Source of the DNA: Candidatus Nitrospinota bacterium M3_3B_026
GTDB lineage: Bacteria > Nitrospinota_A > UBA7883 > JBPRGF01
Assembly (NCBI GenBank): GCA_051418015.1
Contig: JBPRGF010000023.1
Span: forward strand, 192,001-256,000
Reading direction: 5' to 3'
Length of the DNA stretch: 64,000 bases
The notes below the pieces were generated by a model that searched no databases, was not told where the DNA came from, and worked only from the letters and a program-made list of their open reading frames with translations. The translations under genes were made by a program, and so were the position numbers. This document shows, piece after piece, positions 10,347 through 19,811 of the stretch (positions within the stretch are counted from its first letter, which is position 1; each line of letters begins with the position of its first letter).

Positions 10347-10613
10347 ATGGCCGAAAAGGAAAAACCTGAAAAAGAGATGAAGTTCGAGGCGGCTCTGAAA
10401 CGCCTCGAGGAGATAGTCGGCAAGCTCGAGGACGGAGACCTCGAGCTCGAAAAATCCATAGAGCTTTTCGAGGAAGGGATCAAGATGGCCAAGACCTGCC
10501 AGAAGAAGCTCGACGAAGCGGAAAAGAAAATAGAGAAACTGGTCAAAGAGCGCGGCGGGGAGCTTGGCGCCGAGCCTCTGGAAGAGATCGGCGAGGAGGA
10601 CGCGCCGTTCTAG
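10347..10613 (+). CDS. xseB: Exodeoxyribonuclease VII small subunit
   Basis: FEAALKRLEEIVGKLEDGDLELEKSIELFEEG motif; follows xseA. Confidence 0.95.
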   Translation: MAEKEKPEKEMKFEAALKRLEEIVGKLEDGDLELEKSIELFEEGIKMAKTCQKKLDEAEKKIEKLVKERGGELGAEPLEEIGEEDAPF

Positions 10614-10663
10614 CCCATGCCCGCGTCATATAACCATCCGTCCGGCCGGCTCTTCCAGCGCGA

Positions 10664-11557
10664 TTGATGCCTCTTACAAGGTATTTCGCTGAAATAAAAG
10701 AACAGGTTGACGTCGAGCTTGACCGCCTCGTCCCGGACGAGACGACGCGCCCAGCCGCGCTGATAAAAGCCATGCGCCACTCCCTTTTCGCCGGGGGCAA
10801 GCGCCTGCGCCCAATACTGGCCGTGGCGGCGGCGGAGGCCGTCGACGGCTCCCGCGAAGCCGTCATGCCCTTCGCGGCGGCGGTGGAGATCATCCACACC
10901 TACACCCTCATCCACGACGACCTTCCCGCCCTGGACGACGACGACACCAGGCGCGGCGCGGCGACATGCCATGTCAAGTTCGGCGAGGCCACGGCCATAC
11001 TGGCCGGCGACGCTCTCCTGACGCTGGCCTTCGAAGTGATGACAGACTCTAAAAATTTTCCCGGCGCGGAGGCGGCCATGCTTCTCGACGTGGCCAGGGA
11101 GACGGCGGAGGCCATCGGCTCCACAGGCACGATCGGCGGGCAGGTGGTGGACCTCGAGATGGAGGGCAAGGAAGCGGACATGGCCGCGCTCGAGTATATC
11201 CATACGCACAAGACCGGAAAACTCATCGTGGCGTCTATCAGAGGCGGCGCAAGGCTCGGCGGCGCGGAGGAGGACAGGCTGGAGGCGCTGACCGTCTACG
11301 GCAAGAACGTTGGGCTGGCCTTCCAGGTGGTGGATGACATCCTGGACGTTGAGGGAGACGCGGAAAAGCTCGGAAAGGCGGCGGGAGCGGACGCGAAAAA
11401 GAAGAAGGCGACATACCCTTCGCTCATGGGCGTCGAGGAGTCCCGCAAGCTCGCCGCAAGGCTCATCGACAGGGCGATAGCGGCCTTGGATATGCTGGGA
11501 GACAGCGGGGAGAAGCTCTCGGACCTGGCGCGATACGTTATAGCCCGCGCCTTCTAG
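10664..11557 (+). CDS. ispA: Farnesyl/geranylgeranyl diphosphate synthase
   Basis: GGKRLRP, first Asp-rich motif LIHDDLPALDDDDTRRG, KTG, FQVVDDILD; xseB-ispA synteny. Confidence 0.92.
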   Translation: MMPLTRYFAEIKEQVDVELDRLVPDETTRPAALIKAMRHSLFAGGKRLRPILAVAAAEAVDGSREAVMPFAAAVEIIHTYTLIHDDLPALDDDDTRRGAATCHVKFGEATAILAGDALLTLAFEVMTDSKNFPGAEAAMLLDVARETAEAIGSTGTIGGQVVDLEMEGKEADMAALEYIHTHKTGKLIVASIRGGARLGGAEEDRLEALTVYGKNVGLAFQVVDDILDVEGDAEKLGKAAGADAKKKKATYPSLMGVEESRKLAARLIDRAIAALDMLGDSGEKLSDLARYVIARAF

Positions 11558-11656
11558 GGCCGCCCGGCGCGCCGCGGAAACCGGGCGGCGTGGAAAGCGA
11601 AAAGGAGCTTATATTAAGCTATGTGACTATCACCAAACGACGCTGCGGCTTCCGGC

Positions 11657-12802
11657 ATGAATGAACACCACGGACAGAACAACGGCGCCAGGCTGATGGA
11701 CTCGTCCGGTCTGGACGCGCTCATCGCCGCCCTTGTCCGTGAGGGCCGCCGGGTCGTGGGGCCGGTGATCCGGGACGGGGCCATACTCCTCGACGAGATC
11801 AACGGCGTCGAAGACCTGCCGCGCGGCGTGTCGGACGAGCAGGACGCCGCATTCTACCGGCTCCGCGAGACCGGTGGGAATACCCTTTTCGGATATAACG
11901 CAGGCCCCCAACTCTGGAAAAAGTTTCTGTTTCCCCCGAGGCTTACTTTGTGGACGGCGAAGCGGAACGGCCAAGGCTTCGAGATCGAGCCGGACGGGGG
12001 GGAACCTGAGAAACTCGCCCTCCTCGGCGTCCGGCCCTGCGATCTGGCGGCGATAAGGATACAGGACAGGGTCTTCGCGGATGGCGAATTCAAGGACCTC
12101 TCATATGCGACGCGAAGGCGAAATATTTTCGCCATCGCCGTGAACTGCTCCCGCGCCGGGGGGACGTGCTTTTGCGCCTCCATGGGGACGGGACCGAAAG
12201 CTTCCGGTGAGTTCGACATCGCGCTCACGGAGATAGAAGACGAAGTGGGCCATCGTTTCCTGCTTGAAACAGGCTCGGCCGAAGGCGAAAGAGTTCTCGA
12301 AAACACATCCACCACGAAAGCCAGCGAGAACGACCTCATCGCCGCGAAGGCGATTCTCGAAAAGACCTCCCGGAGCATGGGCAGGAGGCTTGAAACGGAG
12401 GGCCTGAAAGAGATTTTGTACGAGTCCGCCGAAGGCAGGATTTGGGAGGACGCGGCTGAAAGATGCCTCGCCTGCGCTAATTGTACGATGGTGTGCCCCA
12501 CCTGTTTTTGCTCCACGGTGGAGGACATGACGGATCTTTCCGGCGATTTCACGAGGCGGGAGCGGCGCTGGGACTCGTGCTTCACGCTGGATTTTTCCTA
12601 CATCCACGGCGGGCCCGTCAGGAGGACGCGCGCGGCCCGGTACCGCCACTGGATAACCCATAAGCTAGCGTCGTGGATGGACCAGTTCGGGACGGCCGGG
12701 TGCACAGGGTGCGGGCGCTGCATCACATGGTGCCCCGCGGCGATAGACATTACGAAAGAGGCCCGGGCGGCGCGGGACGCGGCGGCCCGGGAGAAAGTAT
12801 GA
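11657..12802 (+). CDS. hydB: Group 3b [NiFe] hydrogenase (sulfhydrogenase-type) beta subunit, 4Fe-4S protein
   Basis: GVRPCD, CFC, CLACANCTMVCPTCFC and CTGCGRCITWCP clusters. Confidence 0.88.
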   Translation: MNEHHGQNNGARLMDSSGLDALIAALVREGRRVVGPVIRDGAILLDEINGVEDLPRGVSDEQDAAFYRLRETGGNTLFGYNAGPQLWKKFLFPPRLTLWTAKRNGQGFEIEPDGGEPEKLALLGVRPCDLAAIRIQDRVFADGEFKDLSYATRRRNIFAIAVNCSRAGGTCFCASMGTGPKASGEFDIALTEIEDEVGHRFLLETGSAEGERVLENTSTTKASENDLIAAKAILEKTSRSMGRRLETEGLKEILYESAEGRIWEDAAERCLACANCTMVCPTCFCSTVEDMTDLSGDFTRRERRWDSCFTLDFSYIHGGPVRRTRAARYRHWITHKLASWMDQFGTAGCTGCGRCITWCPAAIDITKEARAARDAAAREKV

Positions 12803-12824
12803 TTTTTCAAGGGGAGACGAGGCG

Positions 12825-13292
12825 ATGAGACCAAAATCCCTTGCGCCGGTACTGGAGGGGCACCCGTTCCTTGAGGGGATGGAGAAAAAGCACATCGACC
12901 TGATCGTGGGATGCGCCAAAAACGTCCGCTTCAACGCCGGGGACTACATCTTCCGCGAAGGCGAAGCGGCGAACGATTTCTACATCATCCGCCGGGGCCT
13001 CGTCTCGGTGGAGCTTTACAGCCCCCGGAAAGGCCCCATCTCCATCCAGACCCTTCGCGACGGCGACATACTCGGCTGGTCGTGGCTCATACCGCCACAC
13101 CAGTGGCGGTTCGACGCGCGGGCGGTGGAGACAACGAGGGCCATAGCGCTGGACGGCGGATGCCTGCGCGGGAAGCTGGAGGACGACCACGGCCTCGGCT
13201 ACCAGCTGCTGAAAAGATTCTCCCGGGTCATGGCAAAGACGCTCGAGGGCACGAGGCTCCAGCTGCTGGACCTTTACGGCGAAGGCGCATGA
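12825..13292 (+). CDS. Stand-alone cyclic-nucleotide-binding domain protein
   Basis: IFREGEAANDFYIIRRGLV...GDILGWSWL...RFDARA cNMP fold; no C-terminal HTH; stop overlaps the next ATG. Confidence 0.85.
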   Translation: MRPKSLAPVLEGHPFLEGMEKKHIDLIVGCAKNVRFNAGDYIFREGEAANDFYIIRRGLVSVELYSPRKGPISIQTLRDGDILGWSWLIPPHQWRFDARAVETTRAIALDGGCLRGKLEDDHGLGYQLLKRFSRVMAKTLEGTRLQLLDLYGEGA

Positions 13293-14143
13293 CGACGCCC
13301 GTTTCCATCAATCCCGGAGCGGACGCGGCGATCCCCGTTCCCTGGATGGTGACGGCCAGGAGGGAGCAGACGCGCGACGTCTTCACCCTCGAGCTTGCCC
13401 CGCCCGCCGGGATGGACGGTCTCCGGTTCGCGCCGGGCCAGTTCAACATGCTGTACCAGTTCGGCGCGGGCGAGGCGCCGATCTCCATCAGCGGCGACCC
13501 AGCGAGGACCGGCGCGCTGGAGCACACGATCCGGGCCGTCGGCGGCGTGACAAGGCTTATGGCCAGCCTTAGGGAAGGAGACGCCATCGGCGTCCGGGGC
13601 CCATACGGGCGTGGATGGCCGATGCCTGAGGCGGAGGGGAAAGACGTCGTCATCGCCGCGGGCGGGATCGGGCTGGCCCCGCTGCGCCCGGCGGTTCTTG
13701 GCATACTGGCGGAGCGGGAAAAATTTGGAAGAGTCGTCCTGTTTTACGGCGCGCGATCCGACGAGGACATAGTCTTCGAAGACGACCTGCGGGAATGGCG
13801 GTCGAGGTTCGACATGGAGATCGAGGTGACCGTCGACCGGGGGTCCGGCGGATGGCGCGGACCCGTCGGCGTCGTCACACAGCTTATTCCGCGGGCCGCC
13901 TTTGATCCCGCGAAAACGCTGGCCATGATATGCGGGCCGGAGGTGATGGCGAAGTTCACCGTGTCGGAGTTTTTAAGGCTCGGCGTTGAGCCGGGGAGGA
14001 TATACGTCTCCATGGAACGGAGCATGAAATGCGGAGTCGGCCTTTGCGGGCATTGCCAGATGGGCCCGCTTTTCGTCTGCAAGGACGGGCCGGTTTTCAC
14101 CTATGACAGCATCCGCCGCCTCATGGCTCTGCGGGAGATATAG
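13289..14143 (+). CDS. hydG: Group 3b hydrogenase gamma subunit (FAD/NAD(P)-binding, 2Fe-2S)
   Basis: PGQFNML, GPYGRGW, GGIGLAP, CGPEVM, MKCGVGLCGHCQ...CKDGPVF; ATG at 13289 (ATGA overlap), so the ORF-track extension from 12911 is spurious. Confidence 0.9.
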   Translation: MTTPVSINPGADAAIPVPWMVTARREQTRDVFTLELAPPAGMDGLRFAPGQFNMLYQFGAGEAPISISGDPARTGALEHTIRAVGGVTRLMASLREGDAIGVRGPYGRGWPMPEAEGKDVVIAAGGIGLAPLRPAVLGILAEREKFGRVVLFYGARSDEDIVFEDDLREWRSRFDMEIEVTVDRGSGGWRGPVGVVTQLIPRAAFDPAKTLAMICGPEVMAKFTVSEFLRLGVEPGRIYVSMERSMKCGVGLCGHCQMGPLFVCKDGPVFTYDSIRRLMALREI

Positions 14144-14908
14144 ATGAAAAAGAAACTGGCCGTCTTCAAGTTCGCCTCATGCGACGGCTGCCAGCTTTCG
14201 CTTCTCAACCTGGAGGACGAGCTTCTGGCCATCGCCGGCGCCATCGACATCGCCTATTTCCCCGAGGCGTCGCGGGAGTACGTCAAGGGGCCTTACGACC
14301 TTTCCCTGGTGGAAGGCTCCATAACCACCTCCCACGACGCGGAGCGGATCCAGAAGGTGAGGGAAAACTCGAAATTCCTCGTGACCATCGGCGCCTGCGC
14401 GACGGCGGGGGGCATCCAGGCGCTCCGGAATTTTCAGGACGTAAACGAGTTCATATCCGTGGTCTATGCCTCGCCGGAGTATATCAGCGCGCTCGGCGAG
14501 TCCACGCCCATCGCCGATCACGTCGCCGTGGACTTCGAGCTTCGCGGCTGCCCCGTGAACAAAGGGCAGCTGCTGGAGGTCGTAACGGCCTTCATCCACG
14601 GGAGAGCGCCAAAAGTCCCGGCCCACAGCGTCTGCCTGGACTGCAAGCTGGCGGGGAACGTCTGCGTGATGGTGGCCCGGAGTGAGCCGTGTCTTGGGCC
14701 CGTGACCCACACAGGCTGCGGCGCGCTCTGCCCGGCGTATCATCGCGGCTGCTACGGCTGTTTCGGGCCGATGGAGACGCCGAACACGCGCTCCATGGGC
14801 GGGCGGCTGAAGGCGCTGGGGCTTTCGGGGGAGGACGTCGTCCGCTCTTTCCGGGGCTTCAACGCCTGGGCGGAGGATTTCAGGGAGGCCGGCGGGGAGG
14901 ATGAGTGA
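14144..14908 (+). CDS. hydD: Group 3b hydrogenase delta (small) subunit
   Basis: [27 protein letters not shown]...[13 protein letters not shown]...CYGCFGP. Confidence 0.92.
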   Translation: MKKKLAVFKFASCDGCQLSLLNLEDELLAIAGAIDIAYFPEASREYVKGPYDLSLVEGSITTSHDAERIQKVRENSKFLVTIGACATAGGIQALRNFQDVNEFISVVYASPEYISALGESTPIADHVAVDFELRGCPVNKGQLLEVVTAFIHGRAPKVPAHSVCLDCKLAGNVCVMVARSEPCLGPVTHTGCGALCPAYHRGCYGCFGPMETPNTRSMGGRLKALGLSGEDVVRSFRGFNAWAEDFREAGGEDE

Positions 14909-16196
14909 AACCAGGAAGATAAGGGTGGACTACCTCGCCCGCGTCGAGGGAGAGGGGGCTATGACATTGAAGATAAAGGACGGCGCCGTCTCCGGCGTGG
15001 CCCTTGAGATATTCGAGCCGCCACGCTTTTTCGAGGCTTTTTTGAGGGGGCGGAGATTCCAGGAAGCGCCGGACATCACCGCCCGGATATGCGGCATATG
15101 CCCCATCGCCTACCAGATGAGCGCCGTCCACGCCATGGAGGACGCGCTGGGGGTCGCCGTCGACGGGGCCACGAGGGATCTTCGCAGGCTGATCTACTGC
15201 GGCGAGTGGATAGAAAGCCACGCCCTCCACGTCTACATGCTCCATGCCCCCGATTTCCTCGGGTACGAAAGCGCCATCCACATGGCAAAAGACCACCCGG
15301 AAATAGTAAAACGCGGTCTTTTTATAAAGAAGGCGGGCAACGCCATCGTCTCGCTTCTTGGCGGCAGGGAGGTTCACCCCATAAACGTCCGGGTGGGGGG
15401 TTTTTACAGGTTGCCGCGAGCTGGCGAGCTTTCCGGCCTGGAGGAGACTCTCAAAAGAGCCAGGGACGAGGCCGTGGAAACCGTGAAATGGGCCGCCGCC
15501 CTCCCCTTCCCCGAGTTTGAGAGGGATTATGTCTTCGTGGCGTTGTCTCATGAAAGAGAGTATCCCTTCAACGAGGGAAGAATCACCTCCACCGGCGGGC
15601 TCGACATCCCTGTCAGCGACTACGAAAAACATTTCGAGGAGGAGCACGCCGCCCATTCCACGGCCCTGCGCTCGAAGATAAAGGGAGGCGGCGCGTACAT
15701 GACCGGGCCGATGGCGCGGTATAGCATCAACTTCGGGAAGCTGCGGCCGATAGCGGTGGAAACGGCGCGGGCGGCGGGCCTTGCGCCGTACATCACGAAC
15801 CCGTACAAGAGCATAGCCGTCCGCGCCGTGGAGATTCTCCACGCCATAGACGAGGCGCTGCGGATCATCGGGGACGGAAAGCTTCCCGAAAAGCCGTTCG
15901 TGGAGGCGGAGCCCTCCGAGTCCACGGGATACGGCGCGACGGAGGCGCCGCGGGGGCTTCTCTACCACAGGTACACGCTTGACGAGAGCGGGCTGATAAC
16001 GAGCGCCAGGATCGTCCCCCCCACGTCGCAGAACCAGCGGATAATCGAGGAGGACCTTTTCAAGGCCGCCTCCGAAAACCTCCGCCTGCCCGACGATGAG
16101 CTTACGTTACGGCTGGAACAGACGATAAGGAACTATGACCCGTGCATATCCTGCTCCACGCATTTTCTGAAGCTGAAAATAGAACATGAACGGTAA
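14901..16196 (+). CDS. hydA: Group 3b [NiFe] hydrogenase alpha (large) subunit
   Basis: ARVEGEG, L1 [16 protein letters not shown]2 DPCISCSTH with short cleavable tail. Confidence 0.95.
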   Translation: MSETRKIRVDYLARVEGEGAMTLKIKDGAVSGVALEIFEPPRFFEAFLRGRRFQEAPDITARICGICPIAYQMSAVHAMEDALGVAVDGATRDLRRLIYCGEWIESHALHVYMLHAPDFLGYESAIHMAKDHPEIVKRGLFIKKAGNAIVSLLGGREVHPINVRVGGFYRLPRAGELSGLEETLKRARDEAVETVKWAAALPFPEFERDYVFVALSHEREYPFNEGRITSTGGLDIPVSDYEKHFEEEHAAHSTALRSKIKGGGAYMTGPMARYSINFGKLRPIAVETARAAGLAPYITNPYKSIAVRAVEILHAIDEALRIIGDGKLPEKPFVEAEPSESTGYGATEAPRGLLYHRYTLDESGLITSARIVPPTSQNQRIIEEDLFKAASENLRLPDDELTLRLEQTIRNYDPCISCSTHFLKLKIEHER

Positions 16197-16662
16197 GGTC
16201 CTCATAGGCGTCGGGTCCGAGGATCGCGGCGACGACGCCGCAGGGCTCAGGATCGTCCGCGCCCTCAGGGACATGGTTCCCAGGAGCGTCGAGGTGGTGG
16301 AGGCGCCGGGCGAGGGAGCGCGTATAATGGAGGCTTGGCAGGGTTTTCATTTCACGCGGGTGTTCGACGCCGTCTCCTCCGGCGCGCCGCCGGGGACGAT
16401 CGTAAAGCTCGACCCGCGTAAGGACCCCTTTCCCGCGGCCTTTTTTCGCAGTTCCTCCCACACTTTCGGCCTGGCGGAGGCGGTGGAGCTTGCGCGGTCG
16501 CTCGGCGCTCTTCCGCCGTCTCTCATGATCTACGGGGTGGAGGGGAAGGACTACGGGCTGGGGCGGGGGCTCTCGGCGGAGGTGTCCGCCGCCGTGGATG
16601 AGATCGTGGAGATGGTCAAAAAGGAGATGCTCTCTTCGCCATCCATGGGAGATGATGGCTAG
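16186..16662 (+). CDS. Hydrogenase maturation protease
   Basis: [23 protein letters not shown] motifs; directly after the large subunit. Confidence 0.9.
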   Translation: MNGKVLIGVGSEDRGDDAAGLRIVRALRDMVPRSVEVVEAPGEGARIMEAWQGFHFTRVFDAVSSGAPPGTIVKLDPRKDPFPAAFFRSSSHTFGLAEAVELARSLGALPPSLMIYGVEGKDYGLGRGLSAEVSAAVDEIVEMVKKEMLSSPSMGDDG

Positions 16663-17180
16663 GACTTGGAGAACCGCTCCGACACGGAGTCGAAGCCTAT
16701 GACCACCTTGTCGCGGCTTTCGAGGGTGACCGTCCCTTCGAAAGAGTGGCCGAACGTCTCGTCCCCGTCCCTGGTGTCCTTTATGGCCACTTTTATCGCA
16801 TGCGAGCCGAGGGGCAGGATGAACTTCTCGTAGACATACGTGGCGCTGTCCTGCCTTATGCCCGATGGGACGATCTGCTTGTCCAGGGCGGTTTCGCCGT
16901 CGATCCACACCTTGAGCCGCAGGGGGACGCGTTCCCGGCTGCCGCAAACCCTGTCCGCCCGCTGCATGTGCGGGCGTCTCAGCTTGGCCTCCTTTTTGAA
17001 CTCTTCGAGCTCCTCCTCGTCGCACAGGCTCCTGCGCTCGGTCACTCTCTTGAACGATATGATGACCCCCCCCACGTCGTCGCTGTAATAGCTGTAGGAC
17101 GGCGAGTCGGAAAGAAAATACACCAGCGGCGCGGGGGACAAAAGCAGGATCACGGCCCAGACCGTCAGTCTATCCTTCAT
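16659..17180 (-). CDS. Membrane-anchored hypothetical protein coupled to the cytochrome b fusion
   Basis: N-terminal hydrophobic segment, two Cys, beta-rich soluble domain; ATGA overlap with the upstream gene stop. Confidence 0.7.
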   Translation of the reverse strand: MKDRLTVWAVILLLSPAPLVYFLSDSPSYSYYSDDVGGVIISFKRVTERRSLCDEEELEEFKKEAKLRRPHMQRADRVCGSRERVPLRLKVWIDGETALDKQIVPSGIRQDSATYVYEKFILPLGSHAIKVAIKDTRDGDETFGHSFEGTVTLESRDKVVIGFDSVSERFSKS

Positions 17181-18856
17181 TTCAGCGCGCCCTCCATGTC
17201 GTTGGCGGCGGTCTTTCCGCCGGATGGTTTTCTGACGATCTCCAGGAACTTCTTTATGTCCGCCACCACTTCCTCGTCCTCAAACCTCGACACCAGCATG
17301 ACTTTTATCCGCTCCCCCGCGCTCTCGTCCACTCCGGTGATGTTCGCCGGGTCCGTCGCCTCCTCGATCCGCTCGTTGCCTTCCCTGTAATGGCAGTCCA
17401 GCGGCCTGCAGCCCACGACCACGACCCCCTTCGCGCCGTCCTTGAACGCCGCTCCCACAAGGTCCGGCTCCAGGACGCCGGCGCAGGGGATGACCATCAC
17501 GGCCGCCGCGGGCTCGCCGGCAAGGCTTCTCTCGTCGTCCGACAGGACGTTCGAGAGGGTCATGCTCCGCTCGCACATGAAGCAGAGGATGACCGGCTTC
17601 TCCCCCTCCGCGGGCGCCATAAGGGACTTTATGTCCTCCAGCATCGAATCCCGCGTCATCTCCCCCATGGATATCCCGGACGTGGGGCACGCCGTCACGC
17701 AGAACCCGCATCCCTCGCACCGCGCCGGGAATATTTCCACCTGTGTGTCGTATGGTCTTCCGTCCGTTCTGGGAGTTATGCTCACCGCCTCGAAAGGGCA
17801 GACCGGCTGGCAGAGGTTGCATCCTTTGCATTTTTCAAGGTCTACCAGCGCGAACTGTTTTCGGGCTTTTTTTTTTGCCGCCGCCTTTCGCTTCTCACGC
17901 TCCAGCGCCGGCGCGGGGATGAGCCATGGCAGGGCCGTGAAAAGCGCGAGGGCCGCGGAGCCGGCGATCCACATCGCGCCGGGGGCGACCCTGAAGGCGT
18001 CCATGAAGGGGAACGGGATCAGGTAGAACCAGTCTATCTCCACTCTTCCTAAAAGCTTCGAAAGGTCCGCGGGTCCCATACTGACGGCCGGTTTCACGAG
18101 GGAGAGGCCCAGCAGGCCCGCCAGTATGACCAACGCCACCGGCCGCGGCGGGGAGATCAGGGGCCTGGAAAGGCGCATGTAGTGGATCCAGGCCATTATC
18201 AACAGGAAACAGGGGATCATGAGATGCAGGTAGTTGGTCACGAAAAAGAGCACGCTCGTGACCGTCTCGTTGGTCAGGAACGTCCTGGAGACGGGCTCCA
18301 CGGTGATGGGGAGGGCGTCCAGCAGGCGGGCGAACTCCACGGCCACCATCTTCCCCTTCTCGTCCCACACCAGCACGTAGCCGGATATCCCCTCGAACCA
18401 GACCCAGAACAGGATCACCGAGCCGGAGACCCACGCCACCCATCTAGCGCGCCTGAACCGGTCGGAGAAAAAGACCTGGGCCACGTGCAGAAGGATGGAT
18501 ATGGCCAGCCCGTCGGCGGCGTAGCGGTGCATGGAGCGCATTATGCCGCCGTAATATTTCTGCTCCTTGGTGATGTATTGTACGGACTCGTAGGCCCCTT
18601 CCACGCTCATATCGTAAAAGAGGAACAGGTATGACCCGGTGATGATGAGGATCCAGAACAGGAACAGGGATATGGCCCCGAGGAAGTACATGGGGTTCAG
18701 CCTCGGCGGGAAGATCTTGTTCAGCTGCTCCTGGATGAAGACCAGCGTCGTGTTGCCGGGCCGCAATATCCAGGGGATAAGCTCATTCTGGTACGTCTTG
18801 GAGGCCCTTTTCAGGGACCTTTCGAGTTCTCTCTCCTTGTCCGTGTCTTGTCTCAT
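17177..18856 (-). CDS. Cytochrome b domain + 2x[4Fe-4S] ferredoxin + MvhD/FlpD-like [2Fe-2S] fusion protein
   Basis: RSMHRYAAD..LLHVAQVF and YLHL..WIHY heme His pairs; CKGCNLCQPVCP and CEGCGFCVTACP; FMC..IPCAG..GCRPLDCHYREGN. Confidence 0.88.
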   Translation of the reverse strand: MRQDTDKERELERSLKRASKTYQNELIPWILRPGNTTLVFIQEQLNKIFPPRLNPMYFLGAISLFLFWILIITGSYLFLFYDMSVEGAYESVQYITKEQKYYGGIMRSMHRYAADGLAISILLHVAQVFFSDRFRRARWVAWVSGSVILFWVWFEGISGYVLVWDEKGKMVAVEFARLLDALPITVEPVSRTFLTNETVTSVLFFVTNYLHLMIPCFLLIMAWIHYMRLSRPLISPPRPVALVILAGLLGLSLVKPAVSMGPADLSKLLGRVEIDWFYLIPFPFMDAFRVAPGAMWIAGSAALALFTALPWLIPAPALEREKRKAAAKKKARKQFALVDLEKCKGCNLCQPVCPFEAVSITPRTDGRPYDTQVEIFPARCEGCGFCVTACPTSGISMGEMTRDSMLEDIKSLMAPAEGEKPVILCFMCERSMTLSNVLSDDERSLAGEPAAAVMVIPCAGVLEPDLVGAAFKDGAKGVVVVGCRPLDCHYREGNERIEEATDPANITGVDESAGERIKVMLVSRFEDEEVVADIKKFLEIVRKPSGGKTAANDMEGALK

Positions 18857-18905
18857 GTCAAGTGTAGATTCGATAACTGCGTGGCGGATTCGGCGCTGGT
18901 CTCAC

Positions 18906-19721
18906 TTAGGAGGCTTGCGCGCCCCTCGCGCGGCCTGAGTGGCGGGAGAAAAGATGGGCTATCCTGCCCCGCAACAGGTAAACGACAGTGGCCACTATCA
19001 GGATGTACTGCAAAATGACTGCGAAGACAAACGTGTAATCGACCTTGTAGGTCTTGGTGACGGGATCGTAGTTCGAGCAGTAGATCAACAGCTTTGACAG
19101 GGCGCTGGTCATCCTCCCCTGCGCCGTGCGGCCGGCGAGGACATCCCGGACGGCGTTCTCCACTTCCGCGGGATCGTAGTCCACTCCGTAGAAATGCCTG
19201 GCGACGGAGCCGTCGGGCGCGACGAGGGTGAGGCGGTTCAGGTGATCGAGGCTGTCCGCCTTCTTCTCGTAGGAAAAGCCGAGGTCCGACACCATCATCC
19301 CCAGCGTCTCGTCGTCGGTGGTCGTGAATATCCATCTTTCGAAATTGTCCGCGAAAGCCGCGCCGTACTCCCTGAGCCTGGCGGGGTTGTCGTTATGGTT
19401 GTCGATGCTTATCGACAGCGTCATCAGCTTCCCGGCGACGGCCGGGTCGATGGCCGCCAACATGTTTTTAAGGCTCTCGTTTATGAGCCAGCAAGGGCCG
19501 TGGCAGTCCACGTACATGAAGCTTACGAGGACGGGCCTGCCTTTCAGGCTGTGGAACGGGAGGTAGTCCCCGTCCTGCGTAATAAGCCTGTAGTTTCGCA
19601 CCTTCCGCCCCACCGCCAGCTCCGAGCGCTCCAGGACCGAAGCCCCAGGCGCGGCCGGCGCCGTGGCGGAAAGCGGCGAAACGATCAGAACAACCGCTAA
19701 TACCAGCGCACGTTTCAGCAT
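18906..19721 (-). CDS. SCO1/SenC family copper chaperone
   Basis: Signal peptide, CHGPC (CxxxC), SISID, conserved His (LDHLNR), C-terminal YCSNYDP plus TM. Confidence 0.88.
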   Translation of the reverse strand: MLKRALVLAVVLIVSPLSATAPAAPGASVLERSELAVGRKVRNYRLITQDGDYLPFHSLKGRPVLVSFMYVDCHGPCWLINESLKNMLAAIDPAVAGKLMTLSISIDNHNDNPARLREYGAAFADNFERWIFTTTDDETLGMMVSDLGFSYEKKADSLDHLNRLTLVAPDGSVARHFYGVDYDPAEVENAVRDVLAGRTAQGRMTSALSKLLIYCSNYDPVTKTYKVDYTFVFAVILQYILIVATVVYLLRGRIAHLFSRHSGRARGAQAS

Positions 19722-19742
19722 GGGGTAAAGGCCGCTCCCCTT

Positions 19743-19794
19743 AAAAACCGCCGCGGCTCCGGGCCGGTGGTGTTACCCCCGCCGGAGCCGCGGC
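19743..19794 (-). terminator. Intrinsic terminator-like hairpin between the small subunit gene and SCO
   Basis: 13-bp stem GCCGCGGCTCCGG (19750-19762) / CCGGAGCCGCGGC (19782-19794), followed on the minus strand by GGTTTTT. Confidence 0.6.
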
Positions 19795-19811
19795 TCCCCT
19801 CTCTAAGCGCG

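Noticed and set aside
11606..11637. AGCTTA-N3-TAAGCT palindrome and a TGTGA half-site upstream of the hydrogenase
   Set aside because: Single occurrence, second Crp half-site poor, and it does not match the nirS/eNOR operator
12911..13288. N-terminal extension of the hydrogenase gamma ORF
   Set aside because: Overlaps the cNMP gene in another frame and reads as Arg/Pro-rich noise; ATG 13289 fits translational coupling
17177..18856. Annotation as petB of a bc1/b6f complex
   Set aside because: No Rieske or cyt c1 gene nearby, PEWY altered, and Fe-S domains fused at the C-terminus
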